Shown here in pieces: positions 1 to 12,539 of a stretch of DNA of 64,000 bases. Source of the stretch: Octopus vulgaris (lineage: Eukaryota). Location: assembly GCA_951406725.2 (NCBI GenBank), contig OX597831.1, positions 24,428,001 to 24,492,000 on the forward strand, written 5' to 3'. Numbering within the stretch: the first letter of the stretch is position 1; the number at the start of each line of letters is the position of its first letter. Position numbers and translations under genes: made by a program. The notes under the pieces are model-generated. The model was not told where the DNA came from and did not search any database. It worked only from the letters and a program-made list of their open reading frames with translations.

Positions 1-810
1 TTATCATCCATGACATGGTAACAAAAGAGCAGTTTTTCAAAATCCCATCAAGGCCTCAGGAACATTTTGCTATTCATATTTTAATTCAGAAATTATATAG
101 ATATGCTGTTTACAATGTAAGAATCAAGCTGACACAATGTGTGTTTTTAACTTACAACATGGGACTCAAACTTTACAAAATGTACAGTTTGAAGTAGATT
201 CATCCTGAAATCAGGAGGGTTAGCAGGCGATGAAGGAAAAACAAAAATCTGTCAATTAGATATATTATACTCGCATGATAGATATAAATATTAATTTGTT
301 GGATTTCCATATATACACATGCTCTTCCCATACACATATATAATTTTATTGACGCCCAGAATGTAAAATAACTAATGAAGGTCTCTGTTGGCAAAAATTA
401 GTGCAAAGAGAGTTTATGGAGTTTTGATAAATTGAATTGCTATGCATTTGTTTCTTCTACATGTAAGTTATAATTCATAAGGCTCTGCTTTTATACTGCT
501 GTCAAATATCTATTTTCTTAGAGAAATCTCAAGAGATAGTAAAAAAAGCAAAAGCCAAAAAGAACTTATATTCCAAAATTATAGATCTCCTTTCTTAAGC
601 ATGTTGGCTTCTTCTTCCTTATTATTGGTTTGCAGGGTTTGGTGTGTGATTAAGAGATTTTCTTTACAACCATCTGATACTGGGTTTCATCCCTATTTAT
701 GACACATTAGGAAAGCATAATTTACTATAGCCTTACTCAAGAGTAGAATTTGCAAGAAAGAAACTTTATGGAAGCCCATGTATATATATATATATGTGTG
801 TGTGTGTGTA

Positions 811-1114
811 GGTGGAGGCATGGCTGTGTGGTAAGAATTTTGCTTCCCAACCACATTGTTCTGGGTTCAGTTCCACTATATGGCACCTTGGGCAAGTGTC
901 TTTTGTTATAGACTTGGGTGAATCAAAGCTTTGTGAATGGATTTGGTAGACAGAAACTGAAAAGAAGCCCATTGTGTATGTATATATATATATATATATA
1001 TATAGATAGATAGATAGATAGATAGATATGTGTGTGTTTTTGTGTCTGTGTTGTCCCCCTTGGCAACCGATGTTGGTGTGTTTATGTCCCTGTAACTTAG
1101 CACTTCAGCAAAAG
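811..1114 (+). mobile_element. tRNA-derived CORE-like SINE (family A), 3' truncated
   Basis: A/B-box head, CORE-like GGCACCTTGGGCAAGTGTC, internal TA/TG microsatellite. Confidence 0.85.
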
Positions 1115-1412
1115 TAACTTTTACTGATATATTATCAGTAAAGGATTCAAATAATGCAAAAAAAAAAAAATGATAAAGAATCAACAACAAAAACTGAGGT
1201 TTTATGAATGAATTTCCCTTGAACTTTTGTTCTGTAGCAAGTTATAGTCACTTTTTTCCTACTGTCACCATCAAAAAGAAAGTGAAGTAGTGATTGACCG
1301 ATTAGAAACTTGTAACTAACTGTAATGCTGTTCACAAATTAGTGTAAAGTTTGCAGTAAATTAAAGCACTGTACACCAAGAAAGAAGTTTGTATGTATCT
1401 GGTTTTGATATT

Positions 1413-1788
1413 TGTCTTTTGCTATAAACTCGGGTCAATCATAGCTTTGTGAATGGATTTGGTAGACAGAAACTGAAAAAAAAACCATTGTGCATGTGTG
1501 TGTATATATATATATATATATATACTACTGGAGTAAGCACATAAATGTGAAACAAGGTGGAAAAAAGAGTACTCAAATACCAGAGGTAGAGTAATATGCT
1601 TTATTTAAAAGTAGCAGAAATATAACAAAAGCTGTTACTCAGAGTTTTGTTTAACAAAACTGTCCGACAAACGGGAACATGAAACTCCGAGTAACAGCTT
1701 TTGTTATATTTCTGCTGCTTTTAAATAAAGTATATATATGTGTGTGTGTGTGTGTTTGTGTGTTTTTGTGTCTGTGTTGTTCCCCTTG
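1413..1788 (+). mobile_element. Partial family A SINE interrupted by a Penelope-type palindrome
   Basis: Shares private variants with 898-1062; insertion sits in its (TA)n tract. Confidence 0.75.
1527..1730 (-). mobile_element. Penelope-like inverted pLTR element (HHR family 1), degenerate hammerhead
   Basis: Inverted arms 1599-1647/1682-1730; CTGT-CCGACAA-ACGGGAACAT-GAAAC-TCCGA-GTA-ACAG at 1660-1697; homologous to 27571-27868. Confidence 0.7.
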
Positions 1789-2961
1789 AAATTAAGAAAG
1801 ATCTCTTAGAATTCTGTGATATAACTTGACATCAGTGAATGCCTCAACAATATATGATATCTATCTTAACTTCGTTGATATCAAGTTATACCATGTAATT
1901 CTATTTCCTTCTGCTTTTCACAATAAGAAATTAAATCAAGCTTTATTTCTTCTAAATCATTAACCCAAGAACTGTGACTTCTTTTGAATTCCTTTCCTGC
2001 TCAACATTGTTTAACTTTGGAAAATTTTCCTCCAGAAGAAATAGACATTGCAAATATTACTATTTCATCCATTTATTTTTTTTCTCAAACAGTGTACCTA
2101 GGACTACTTCAGCAAATGTATTTTCTCGTTAAGGTGTGACTTGCAAGATATTTTGCTGTTGTTTCTAATAGGTTAAGAAGCTGTTTAAAAGCTTCCTCAT
2201 AGCCTTGCCTTTCTCTCTCGACCCCCTTTTCCCTACAGTCATTAAATTTTAGAATTTCAAGTTCAAAACTGATTTCTATAATGTTAAAGTATCTGCCAAG
2301 ACTACAAGGCATTCTACAGATTCTTTAGACAATGACGTAAAAACAAAAAAAAGTTTTCTCATTTAAATATATGAAGAGAATGCGTATAAGATCATATATT
2401 CAAAAAGATATTGAGAAACATTATCATCTCTAAATTAAATGTTCCACATAACATCCAGCAGATAATTCTCTTTTATTTTCACTAATTTAAATTTACTTTT
2501 ATATATTTTTTTTTCCTTTTTATGTGCATTAATTTTAAGTAAAGATGTTTCTTATTTATTCTGTTAGAAAATATAAATTACATCTCGAGAGAAACAACTT
2601 AAAAATTATTTCACTACTTAATGTATCCAATAATGTCAAAACAACATATTCAGGAATTGTACGAAGTGGAAGACTGAATGGAAACCACTCTAATTTTAAA
2701 TAATTTCTTCCTCTAGCTAGTATTTGAACAGCTGGAAATAACACTGAAATCTAGAAATCATATAGAATGGACTCATTGGATAAAGTGCATTTTGATGTCG
2801 ACATAAGTTCCTTGATTTCCTGATGAGAAATCTGCATAATGTACTCCTTATTCCTTCGGAATTAGGAATATGCAGCCTTCGAAACATATGTCGAGAATAA
2901 AGGGATATTTGTTAACTAGTCGTTCAACTCCATTCTTTCATATACTTATAATTTTAAAATA

Positions 2962-3042
<81 letters not shown>

Positions 3043-3055
3043 GATATGGATATAA

Positions 3056-3678
3056 TGTTGTTGTTGTTGTTGGCATCCTTTTTGTCTCCGGAGACAATGG
3101 ACTTGCACATAAAATAATCTAGTCCAGCTTTTACATTTCATGTCCTAATACATTTCCTGCTGTGGCTGTGTAGTCCTATCCTGGACAAACACTCCCTCTG
3201 GCAGGTGCCGCAAATGTAGCGAAGACTTTGCCTGGCTGGTTGTAATGTCATAGTTTCTTGTTGACGTCTTTTCTTGTCTTTCCATTTCTCCTCTCTCCCT
3301 CTGTCACTCCTTTGTGTTCCCTCTTTTACGGTACATCGCCAATCTCCACAGGTTGCTGGCAACTGCTTCCCAGTTGCTAATATTGATGTCGCAGGCCTTC
3401 ATGTCCCTTTTGCAAACATCCTTGTATCGTAAGAACGGTCTTCCCACAGACCTAGTGCCCCTAGCAAGCTCTCCGTAGAGTATGTCCTTGGGGGATTCTG
3501 CCATCTTCCATACAGCTAACATGTCCAAGCCATCTCATACGTCTTTGTGAGAGGAGTGCAAACATGCTTGGTATTCCTGCTTGCTTGAGGACATCTTTGT
3601 TGGGGACATGATTCTGCCATTTGATGCCAAGGACTTTCTGGAAGCAGTGCAGGTGAAAGATATTTAGGCGATGCTCAT
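3056..3678 (-). mobile_element. RTE-clade LINE 3' fragment
   Basis: RRMRWLGHV..DGRIPKDILYGEL..GRPFLRYKDVCKRDMK and a C-terminal CxxC..H...C finger, with frameshifts; (CAA)n tail at 3056-3072. Confidence 0.9.
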
Positions 3679-3841
3679 AATAATAATGATATGTATATAA
3701 TACAGACGAATAAAGTAGATATATTGAAGAGAGATTTATTTAAAAGTAAGACAGAATGATAATGCTCAGAAGCCTTTAATCATAGGACTGCATGGTCCAA
3801 GATGACCTGGGTCCAAATAACAATCAAATTTTCTTTCTTAA

Positions 3842-4061
3842 CCCTTTCATTACCAACCAGGCTTAAACCAGCTCTAGCTCTGAGTACAAATGTCTTGTTT
3901 ACGTAAGTTTTGAATTAAAATCTTCCACCAAACCTTAGTCATAATTTATGTTCCCAACACTAGCTGAATGATAACTAAGTTATTTTAATAAATTCTTTGT
4001 TATATTTAAAGTAATTGAAAGAAACACAGAGCATCAAAAAATAAATACAGTAACGAAAGGG
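3842..4061. mobile_element. piggyBac-like MITE, copy 1
   Basis: TTAA TSDs at 3838-3841 and 4062-4065; TIRs CCCTTTCATTAC / GTAACGAAAGGG. Confidence 0.85.
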
Positions 4062-4081
4062 TTAACAAATGATTAATTTAA

Positions 4082-4723
4082 CCCTTTCAATACCAACCTG
4101 TCTGAAACCGGCTCTGGATCTAAGTACAAATGTCTTGTTTCCATAAGTTTAGAATTAAAATCTTCCATCGAACTTTAGTTACAATTTATGTTCCTAACAC
4201 TAGCTGAATGATAACTAAGTTATTTTACTAAATTCTTTGTTATTTGGTGCAGGAGTGGATGTGTGGTAAGTTGCTTGCTTACCAACCACATGGTTCCGGG
4301 TACATTCCCACTGCAGGGCACCTTGGGCGAGTGTCTTCTACTATAGCCTCAGGACGACCAAAGCCTTGCAAGTGGATATGGTATATGGAAACTGAAAAGA
4401 CGCCCGTCGTATATATGTGTATATATATATATACGTGTGTGTGTGTGTGTGTGTGTGTGTATGTTTGTGTCTGTGTTTGTACCCTGAACATCACTTGACA
4501 ACCGATGCTGGTGTGTTTACATCCCCGTAACTTAGCGGTTCAGCAAAAGACACCGATAAAATAAGTACTAGGCTTCCAAAAAATAAGTCCTGGGGTTGAT
4601 TTGCTAAGGCAGTGCTCCAGCATGGCCGCAGTCTCAAATGAGTGAAAAATGTAAGTAAAGAGTATATTTAAAGTAATTGAAGTAAACACAGAGCATCTCA
4701 AAATAAATGCAGCAATGAAAGGG
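4082..4723. mobile_element. piggyBac-like MITE, copy 2, with nested SINE
   Basis: TTAA at 4078-4081 and 4724-4727; same body as copy 1, split at ~4245-4662. Confidence 0.85.
4246..4662 (+). mobile_element. Family A CORE-like SINE, full length
   Basis: Complete head, microsatellite and CAGCATGGCCGCAGTC...TGA tail. Confidence 0.9.
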
Positions 4724-4924
4724 TTAAAACGAGTGAACAATGATTAATTTCATAAAAAAACCTTCTTTGAAACCACGAGATGTGATAAATGACAAAATGA
4801 TGCTTAAATAAGTAAATTTTCTTGTCTTGTCAATTTGCCAATAGTCAACTGAAGATGTAACTTCTTTTAGCAGCCCTTTCCTGTTAGGGCTTGTACTTTA
4901 TCCTTTGATATGCACAACTACTAC

Positions 4925-5085
4925 ACTCACGGAGTGGTTGGCGTTAGGAAGGGCATCCAGCCGTAGAAACACTGCCAGATTTGACTGGGCCTGATGAAGC
5001 CTTCTGGCTTCACAGACCCCAGTAGAACCGTCCAACCCATGCTAGCATGGAAAACGGACGCTAAACGACGATGATGATGATGATG
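4925..5085 (+). mobile_element. Meta-domain SINE (family C) 3' part
   Basis: GTTGGCGTTAGGAAGGGCATCCAGCCGTAGAAA and tail ending (GAT)n. Confidence 0.8.
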
Positions 5086-5099
5086 AATGTAATCTGAAA

Positions 5100-5251
5100 A
5101 GCTGTGTCATAAGGAGCTTGCTTACAACCACATGGTTCTGGGTTCAGTCCCACTGCGTGGCACGTTGGGCAAGAGTCTTTTACTATAGTCTTGGGCCGAC
5201 CAAAGCCTTGTGAGTGGATTTGGTAGACGGAAACTGAAAGAAGCCCGTTGC

Positions 5252-5283
<32 letters not shown>

Positions 5284-5492
5284 ATGTGTGTGTTTGTTCC
5301 CCCAACATTGCTTGACAACCAATGCTGGTGTGTTTACGTCCCCGTAACTTTGCGGTTCGGCAAAAGAGACCAATAGAATAAGTACTAGGCTTACAAAGAA
5401 TAAGTCCTGGGGTTGATTTGCTCGTCTAAAGGCAGTGATCCAGCATGGTCACAGCCAAATGACTGAAACAAGTAAAAGAATAAAAGAATAGA
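5100..5492 (+). mobile_element. Family A CORE-like SINE
   Basis: Aligns to 4246-4662. Confidence 0.9.
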
Positions 5493-5653
5493 GTTTTTGA
5501 ACTTTGAAGTTCAGCCTTCAAAACAGGAGCCCCTATTGAAACTTAGCTGATTACTTAAATTCCTCTTAGCAATTCTTACTGTCTATGCATTGACAAGTAA
5601 TATTTTCAACCACAGAGTGGTTCTGCTGAACACTGATTCCTTTATTATGTTAA

Positions 5654-5852
5654 GGTGGTGAGCTGGCAGAATCATTAGCAGACCAGTTGAAATGATCAGC
5701 AGTATTTTATCTGTCTTCACATTCTGAGTTCAAATGCCACCGGGGTCGACTTTGCCTTTCATCCTTTCAGGGTCGACTTTGCCTTTCATCCTTTCAGGGT
5801 CAATAAACTAAGTACCAGTTATACATTGGGGTCGAAACTAAGTATCAGTTAT
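5654..5852 (+). mobile_element. Nin/Deu-domain SINE (family B) with internal duplication
   Basis: GGTGAGCTGGCAGAA head; GCCTTTCATCCTTTCAGGGTC present twice in tandem. Confidence 0.85.
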
Positions 5853-7832
5853 GCATCCAGCAGGTGTGGTATTGTTTCAATGCAAAATGCATTGTGACCA
5901 GTGATATGTAACAACATATGATAGCCTGGTCAGTCATGTGATCATGTGATTAAAAGACTATAGAAAGATAATAGATTGCTGGACTAAATACCTTGTGGTA
6001 TTTATTCTACATTGCAATTGTTGAAGAAGAGAGTCATCAGTTGTAATTTTCCAGTAGAGCAATCATTAGTTTTCTGTGTATGAATATGAATGACAAGTGT
6101 TTGTCTGAAAAGTTATATTCATATACAGAATTAATTATTTTTTTATTATGTAATTAACTTCAATTTCTTTCAGTCAATTAACTTCATTTTAGATTCATTT
6201 ATCTTTGACCATTTAAATTTCCGTTTCTATTTTAAGACCTAATTTTTCCTTTCAGATATGATCCAATTTATATTATATATTCCTTTTCCCGTCTGTGTGT
6301 GACACAGCATCTGTCAGCTGTATTGGTACCGTAGAAGCAGAGCAACCGTATGAATAGCTCCGAGTTAAAAACGTCAATATAAGATCTGTTGGAATAATTG
6401 TCAAATGCTGACCAAGTCATTTATGCCGTGTGTATTTGAGAGAGGCCATCAGATCAAATGGTTTTGTATAAATCAACTCAAATAAATTTGCTTAGATCTT
6501 TAGATCTTTTATTCTGTCACTTCTCTTTTAAACCACGCCAAAGAGTAATTGTTGATAATAGATTTTTTTTTTTTCTATTTGAATGAAAGAGACGAAAAAT
6601 CAATTTGTGTTCAAGCAGCATATTTTGGGCATCCTTTCTTTTATTATATACAATTTTATGCATATAATGTATTGCTTATGGCAGGCATTTTCTTGGCTCC
6701 ATATGACAGGCAAAAGTATTTGTAACAAATATATCTGTTGGAGGTATCAAAAGAATGTTTCAAAGCCTTATAAGACTGTCAATTGGCTGAAATATTAAAC
6801 ATTGATTCATTTTGACTTTTACCTCCCACCTATCTCTCCCCTCGAAGAAATATAAGAAGAACGAAAATAGAAGTGAGAGAAAGCAAGAACATGGATACAG
6901 AATAAAATGATTTTATCCAATCATCCCATCGTTTTTTGACCTACAGTGGCCTTTGTTCAACCTACCTGGTGATTACCGTCAAGTGGGGTGACAGCTCCCT
7001 CTTCAGGGAAAATTTCTTACTAACTGAAGTATTGATTTTTTTTTTTTTTTTCAGCATAGACATTGACAAGTTACTGCTAACCAAGTCGATATTGTTTCCA
7101 TTTACTGATTCAATGAGGAGTTGCCTATTTGTGTTATTTTCACCAGCTTGTATCATGCCCATAGCCGAAGATATCTATGTTCTGCTGTAAATAAGTTTAT
7201 GCTGTTTTGCTTCGGGTTAGTCTTGATCGATCAGTCCTACAATGAAAAGTTTACCAGCTAATACCATCCCAATACCATTTTAGAGATAGGTAGGACTTCT
7301 TTCTCTAGAAAGTTCTTTTCTAATTTTTAAAATGGTAGCTGTAATTTGAGAGAGATTTAGCTGTTATTTGAATTATGTCGAATCACTGCATAAAAACTGC
7401 AATTTGGTGCATCCTGAAGTGCAGCATATTATTGGTAGCAGCTGGATAATTAATGTGTCTCGTTAACTTAGATGTAATGATATGAAGAGCAGGCCCTTTA
7501 AGTGAAAGTTCCAACTTCCAGTAGATAGAGTAAACATTCAAACCTCATTGTTACGATCATCATTATATTGTGCTTTCTCAAAACGTTTCAGACGTGTTTT
7601 CCTAAGAGGTTATTGAAATATAATCTAAAAGGTTATTGCTATATGTTGAGAGTACCAACAAATTGCTCTAATGCATTCATCCCATGGGACCACAAAATTA
7701 ATGTGAGAGTGGAATGTATCACAAAGTTAATCTTCTCCTGACAACATTAATGAATCCATTTTCAATAACCTGTATTTGCACTGCTGAGAACAAGGTGCAT
7801 TCCAAAAGTTTTGAGATTTTTACAGGAGAGAC

Positions 7833-8106
7833 ATTCATTTCATTCATTTGTTTCAGCTTACGAGCTGTGGCCATGCTGGGGCACTGCCATTTGGTGTTGC
7901 TATATAATTTTACTTCACGAATGCTTTTTAGCTATTGACATTTGGTGCATGAGAGAGTTTGATGCAGCCGCCCTCATCTGCACTTCCTGCTGCAAAGTTG
8001 CTTCATCTGGGACACCTGACAGGAAGAGGTCCAGCTTTATTTTGAAGACAGCTACATCCACCCCATGCAGGTCTCTCAGGTGCTTCGGGAGGATATTGAA
8101 GAGCTG
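7833..8106 (-). mobile_element. CR1/L2-group LINE 3' end
   Basis: QLFNILPKHLRDL..FKIKLDLFLSGVPDE..AASNSL C-terminus, short 3' UTR, (TGAA)n-like tail. Confidence 0.75.
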
Positions 8107-8367
8107 AAATTGATTAATCTCAAAGAAGAACAAAACTTTAATCTCCTGCAAAGTAGAATCTCCTAAATTCAATGCCCTTATTGCAGTGTTCCAATCACTT
8201 GATGAAGGCCACATGTAAGCCCTCCAAAGTGAAGATGTAGAAAATCCTTGTCACAGCCTCCTTCATCTTCAAAATCACTGTTCGTGAAGAGCCAGGACAA
8301 CCGAAAGTCACAAGAAGCAAAAACTGACCTATAGGGAGAGTGGGGGACACATTTGATGCCCATCTCT

Positions 8368-8600
8368 TATTTCTTTACTGCCCACAAGGGGCTACACATA
8401 GAGGGGACAAACAAGGACAGACAAATGGATTAAGTCTATTATATCGACCCCAGTGCATAACTGGTACTTATTTAATCGACCCCAAAAGGATGAACGGCAA
8501 AGTCGCCCTGGGTGAAATTTGAACTCAGAACATAATGGCAGTTGAAAATCCGATAAGCATTTCATCCGGCGTGCTAACAATTCTGCCAGCTCACTGCCTT
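8368..8600 (-). mobile_element. Family B Nin-SINE inside mariner
   Basis: 14-bp TSD TGATGCCCA(T/C)CTCT at 8354-8367 and 8602-8615. Confidence 0.9.
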
Positions 8601-9142
8601 ATGATGCCCACCTCTGTCAAGTAGTTGGTAATGTGGATGGAATTATAGACTGGTGCATCTACCACCAACCTAAGTGGAAATGCTCTGACCTTTTGCAATG
8701 TCATCTCGTCCTGAACTCACTGAAACACTCCACAAAGTAATCTTTAACAGTCTGGCTAGAAGGAACCCAGTGGATGTAGATGTTAACCTTGCTGTTGAAA
8801 AAAAAGGGATCATGAGCTTCCCAGGGGACTTGCTTTACTTGGGTCTAGGAAAGCCAGGATGCTTCCATTGGGCACTCTTATCTCTTGGTCCTTGGATCAT
8901 AACAGTAGATCCAGCTTTTGTCACAAGTCACCAGAAACTCAAGGACCCTTGGTTAGAGATAATGAACTGGACCATCTCCCAGCTCTCACCAACGAGTTTT
9001 TCTTTCTGTTTGTTACTGAACACCCAAGGAACAAACTCTGCACAAACTTTGTACATGTTCAGATCTTCATGACTAGGTCTGCGGATAGTGGCCATGCCAA
9101 AGCCAAACTGTATGCTAATTGCCTTTATAGATATACAACAGC

Positions 9143-9745
9143 ATGTCTGGTAAGTTCACCATCATCAGTTCGCCACAGGGAAACTCACCGTCATCAATTC
9201 ACCATTTTGCTTTTCAATAAAATAGTTTTAAAACTATTAATGGTGAGATTTTAATTTTTTATGCACCCTTTTCAAGCCTAGCCAGGCTCATGGCCTGGTT
9301 TCCTGGTTTCTATGGCGTATGTGTTCCTCCCAGCTGGACGGGATGCCTGTCCATTGCAGCGTTACTCAAGAAACAGGAAGAAAGAGTGAGAGAAAGCTGG
9401 GGTGAAAGATTACAACAGGGGTCGCCACCCCACCTGCTAGAGCCTCGTGGAACTTTAGGTGTTTTTGCTCAATAAACACACACAACGCCTGATCTGGGAA
9501 TCAAAACCGCGATCCTCCAACCGCAAGTCTGCTGCCCTAACCACTGGGCCAGTGCGCCTCCAAAATGGTGAGATACAATGGATATAATTTCTCAGTCAAC
9601 TTTTGTCACTGAGCTTTACCTCAAGGTGAACTTTCTTCACAGTGAATTGACGGCAGTGAATTGACGGCAGTGAATTGACGGCAGTGAATTGACGGCAGTG
9701 AACTTTCCCTGCAGTGTATTGATGATGGTGAACTTATCTGTAATC
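9143..9745. mobile_element. MuDR-like non-autonomous TIR element inside mariner
   Basis: TIRs GGTAAGTTCACCATCATCA / TGATGATGGTGAACTTATC; ~9-bp TSD (T/C)ACAACAGC; subterminal 14-mer CAGTGAATTGACGG x4. Confidence 0.65.
9250..9562 (-). mobile_element. tRNA-derived SINE with V-domain-like motif
   Basis: Head TGGAGGCGCACTGGCCCAGTGGTTAGGG, motif CTGCAATGGACAGGCATCCCGTCCAG, 11-bp TSD AATGGTGAGAT (9239, 9564). Confidence 0.75.
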
Positions 9746-10519
9746 ACACAACAGCCTTCATCCAGAAAATTCTGAATTTTTTTTTTCAACCAGCCTGATG
9801 TTTAGATGACCCTCTACCTCCCACACTTCTCTCATCATTTCTCACCTTCTCTCGGCTGTCCTTGAACCTTTTATGCCAGCATAAAACAGATATTCAGCTC
9901 ACGCAAATTAATCCATTAGCAGTCTGGCGCATTTCACAAGTTTTCTGTTGTGTTTTTGCTCAGTTTCACACAAATCTTAATTGTATAATGAGCTTCCAAA
10001 CTGCCTTCACTTCCGAACTGCATCCTGAAAAACTAGTCAGCTATGACGAGCAGTGTTAGTAGTCTATTCAAAGTATCGTTACAGCTGTCTCTTTATATCT
10101 GGGATAACAAAAGTTGGTAGACCAGTTTATTTAAGGTACAGTAATGATATGCAAAAGTTACAATGGTTTAGAGCAGTTAGAACTACCTCTCCTACAAAAA
10201 AAAAAATTGTCTCAAAACTTTTGGAATGGACTTCATAATTGTAAGTCTGCTTAAGGGTGAGCCTATAATGCTGGTTCAGCAGTTTCATCTTTACACCTTT
10301 CATTTTGTACTTCTTGTATATGTGGCCAGCCAATCCATGAGTGTAGTGGGTCACCGGCACAGGTGCCGGGCAAGGATGGCAACAGCCACGATCGGTTGGT
10401 GCTTTTACGTGCCACATATAGATGTTACAGTGTAAGTTTGCGTGCATATTTGTAGATTGGATCAGTGAAGCAGAAATATCACCGAATGAGGGTAAAGCGA
10501 ATAAAAGAGAACGAGATAT

Positions 10520-10550
<31 letters not shown>

Positions 10551-11557
10551 TTGTATAGTAGTGAATGTGTGTATGTGTATGAATGAGTTCATGTCTAAAT
10601 GAATGAATTTATCAGTGAAAGGGAAAGAATAATTCTGCATGGGATATTTATTAACCATGTCCACATGTAGATATAATGTGTGTGTGCATGTATTGTTATG
10701 TGAGTGCATGCATTGATGCGTGAGCGGGTGCCTGCTTATGTGTGTGTCTATTGGTATGTATGCATGTGTCTGTGTATTAGTATGTGTGTGCACATCTATA
10801 TATATATATATGTATTGATGTATGTGTTTGTGTGTGCATTGATATAAGAGTGCATGTATGTTAGCGCATATGTATTGGTATGTATGTGTGTGTGTGTATG
10901 TCTGTATATCAGCATATGTGTGTATATTGATATGTGCATGTGTTGATGAATGCGTTTGTGAGTGTGTGTGTGTGTTTGTCTGTGTGTGATATCCGAGAGT
11001 ATCTCATTAATAAACAAGTTGACAGAAACTCCTAGTGCTGAATGTGATAATCTAATTTGGTAAATCAACATTTCATTATTTGGTAAACTATCTAAAAACC
11101 TATAAGGCATTCCCCGAGGGACTGGAGGGATGAGAAGTGAAGGAAGCAGAGAATGGGTGGCGGGGAAGAAGGATTGTGTGAGCATGTGAGAGAAAGAGCA
11201 GTGGACAAGAGTACGTGTGTGTGTGTGTGTGTGTGTGTGTGTTGGTAGTAGTATGAGAGTGAAAGAGAGAGAGAGAGAGAGAGGGTGAATTAGAAGAAAA
11301 GCTTTGTGTAAAAGATAGAAACAAGATTGTGAAGAGGTTTTTAGCTTAGTAGAGTGTTGCTGTAGGTGGCAACTGGGGACAGTGGTGTCGGGGAGAAGAT
11401 GAGGAAAACTCGTTGTGAGATAGGAAGGAGTATAGAGAAAAGAAGAGAAAAGGTTGAAAGTGTGAATGTATGTGTGAGAGAGAGAGAGAGAGAGAGAGAG
11501 TTATAGGCAGAAGTACTAAAAGATACAAGACCAACAAAAAAGAAAGTACATATATAC

Positions 11558-11979
11558 TCTCTTTACTCTTTTACTTGTTTCAGTCATTTGACTGGGGCCA
11601 TGCTGGAGCACCACCTTTAGTCGAGCAAATTGATCCCAGGACTTATTCTTTGTAAGCCGAGTACTTATACTATTGGTATCACTTGCTGAACCGCTAAGTT
11701 ATGGGGATGTAAACACACCAGCATCGGTTGTCAAGTGATGTTGGGGGAACAAACACAGACACACAAACATATACACACACAAACATATATATATATATAT
11801 ATACACACATACGATATACGAGAGGCTTCTTTCAGTTTCCGTCTACCAAATCCACTCACAAGACTTTGGTCGGCCTGAGGCCATAGAAGACACTTGCCCA
11901 AGGTGCTACGCAGAGGAACTGAACCCAGAACCATGTGGTTCATGAGCAAGCTACTTACCACACAACCACTCCTACGCCT
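11558..11979 (-). mobile_element. Family A CORE-like SINE
   Basis: Reverse complement of family A consensus. Confidence 0.9.
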
Positions 11980-12539
11980 ATGAGTGAGAGTGAGAGAGAG
12001 AGGAGCACAATGAAAGAGTAGTGAAAAGGAAAACTTGGCTGTGTGCTTCAAGAAATTTGTTTTGCAGCTAAGTTGCTTTGGAACCAATCATTACAGCATT
12101 TCACCTCTTCTGCTGTAATTTCAGACCGACCAAAGCTCTGTTACTAGAATTGTTCATGGTAAAGATAGAAACTGTGTGGAACCCAGTTTATGATTACACC
12201 AATTCTTAGGAGATAAACCTAATCTTTCATCTAAATTAAAGAAACCACCAAGTATTTTGGGTGCATAGAGTCATCATTTAATGTCCATGTTCCGTGCTGG
12301 CATGGGTTGGGTGGTTTGACAAGAAACGATGTGTCCAAGGACCACATCATGCTCCAGCATTTGTATTAACATAGTTTCTACAGCTGGATGCCCTTCCTAA
12401 TGCCAACCATTTTACCATTACAACATGGACCGGGTGCTTTATTTATGTCACCTGCTCTATTGAAGTTGTCATGCTGTTCACAAGACTATGATCCCTAGGG
12501 TTTGTAGGGGGTCATTTGGATGCAAAGAGACAAGGGGAT

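Larger units (their letters stand above)
1..2960 (-). pseudogene. Decayed Academ-like DNA transposase, interrupted by SINEs
   Basis: Manual minus-strand translation gives, in the expected order: YEEAFKQLL (~2190), PDTYKLLSWC (~1390), IGQSLLH..GDSRKK (~1290), FPSSPANPPD (~230), QLDSY (~125), MFLR/LMGF (~50). These resemble Academ motifs PxxLyxfLxW, SIGQD..GRxKT, YLPxIPAxPT, xDQAIY, LRLGGFH. Many stops and frameshifts. Confidence 0.5.
7791..10235 (-). mobile_element. Full-length decayed mariner transposon with nested insertions
   Basis: TIRs CAAGGTGCATTCCAAAAGTTTTGAGA (7791) and its inverse (10210-10235). Transposase remnants WHKRFKD (~9880), KVCAEFVP, VTCDKSWIYCYDP, QWKHPG, PHSPY..ASCDF (~8330). 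Confidence 0.9.

Noticed and set aside
15-197. Plus-strand ORF with an FN3-like look (IQKLYRYAVYNVRIK)
   Set aside because: No splice support; the opposite strand fits the transposase fossil better
9640-9700. Perfect 14-bp repeats, superficially CRISPR-like
   Set aside because: No spacers; they are subterminal repeats of a TIR element in a eukaryote
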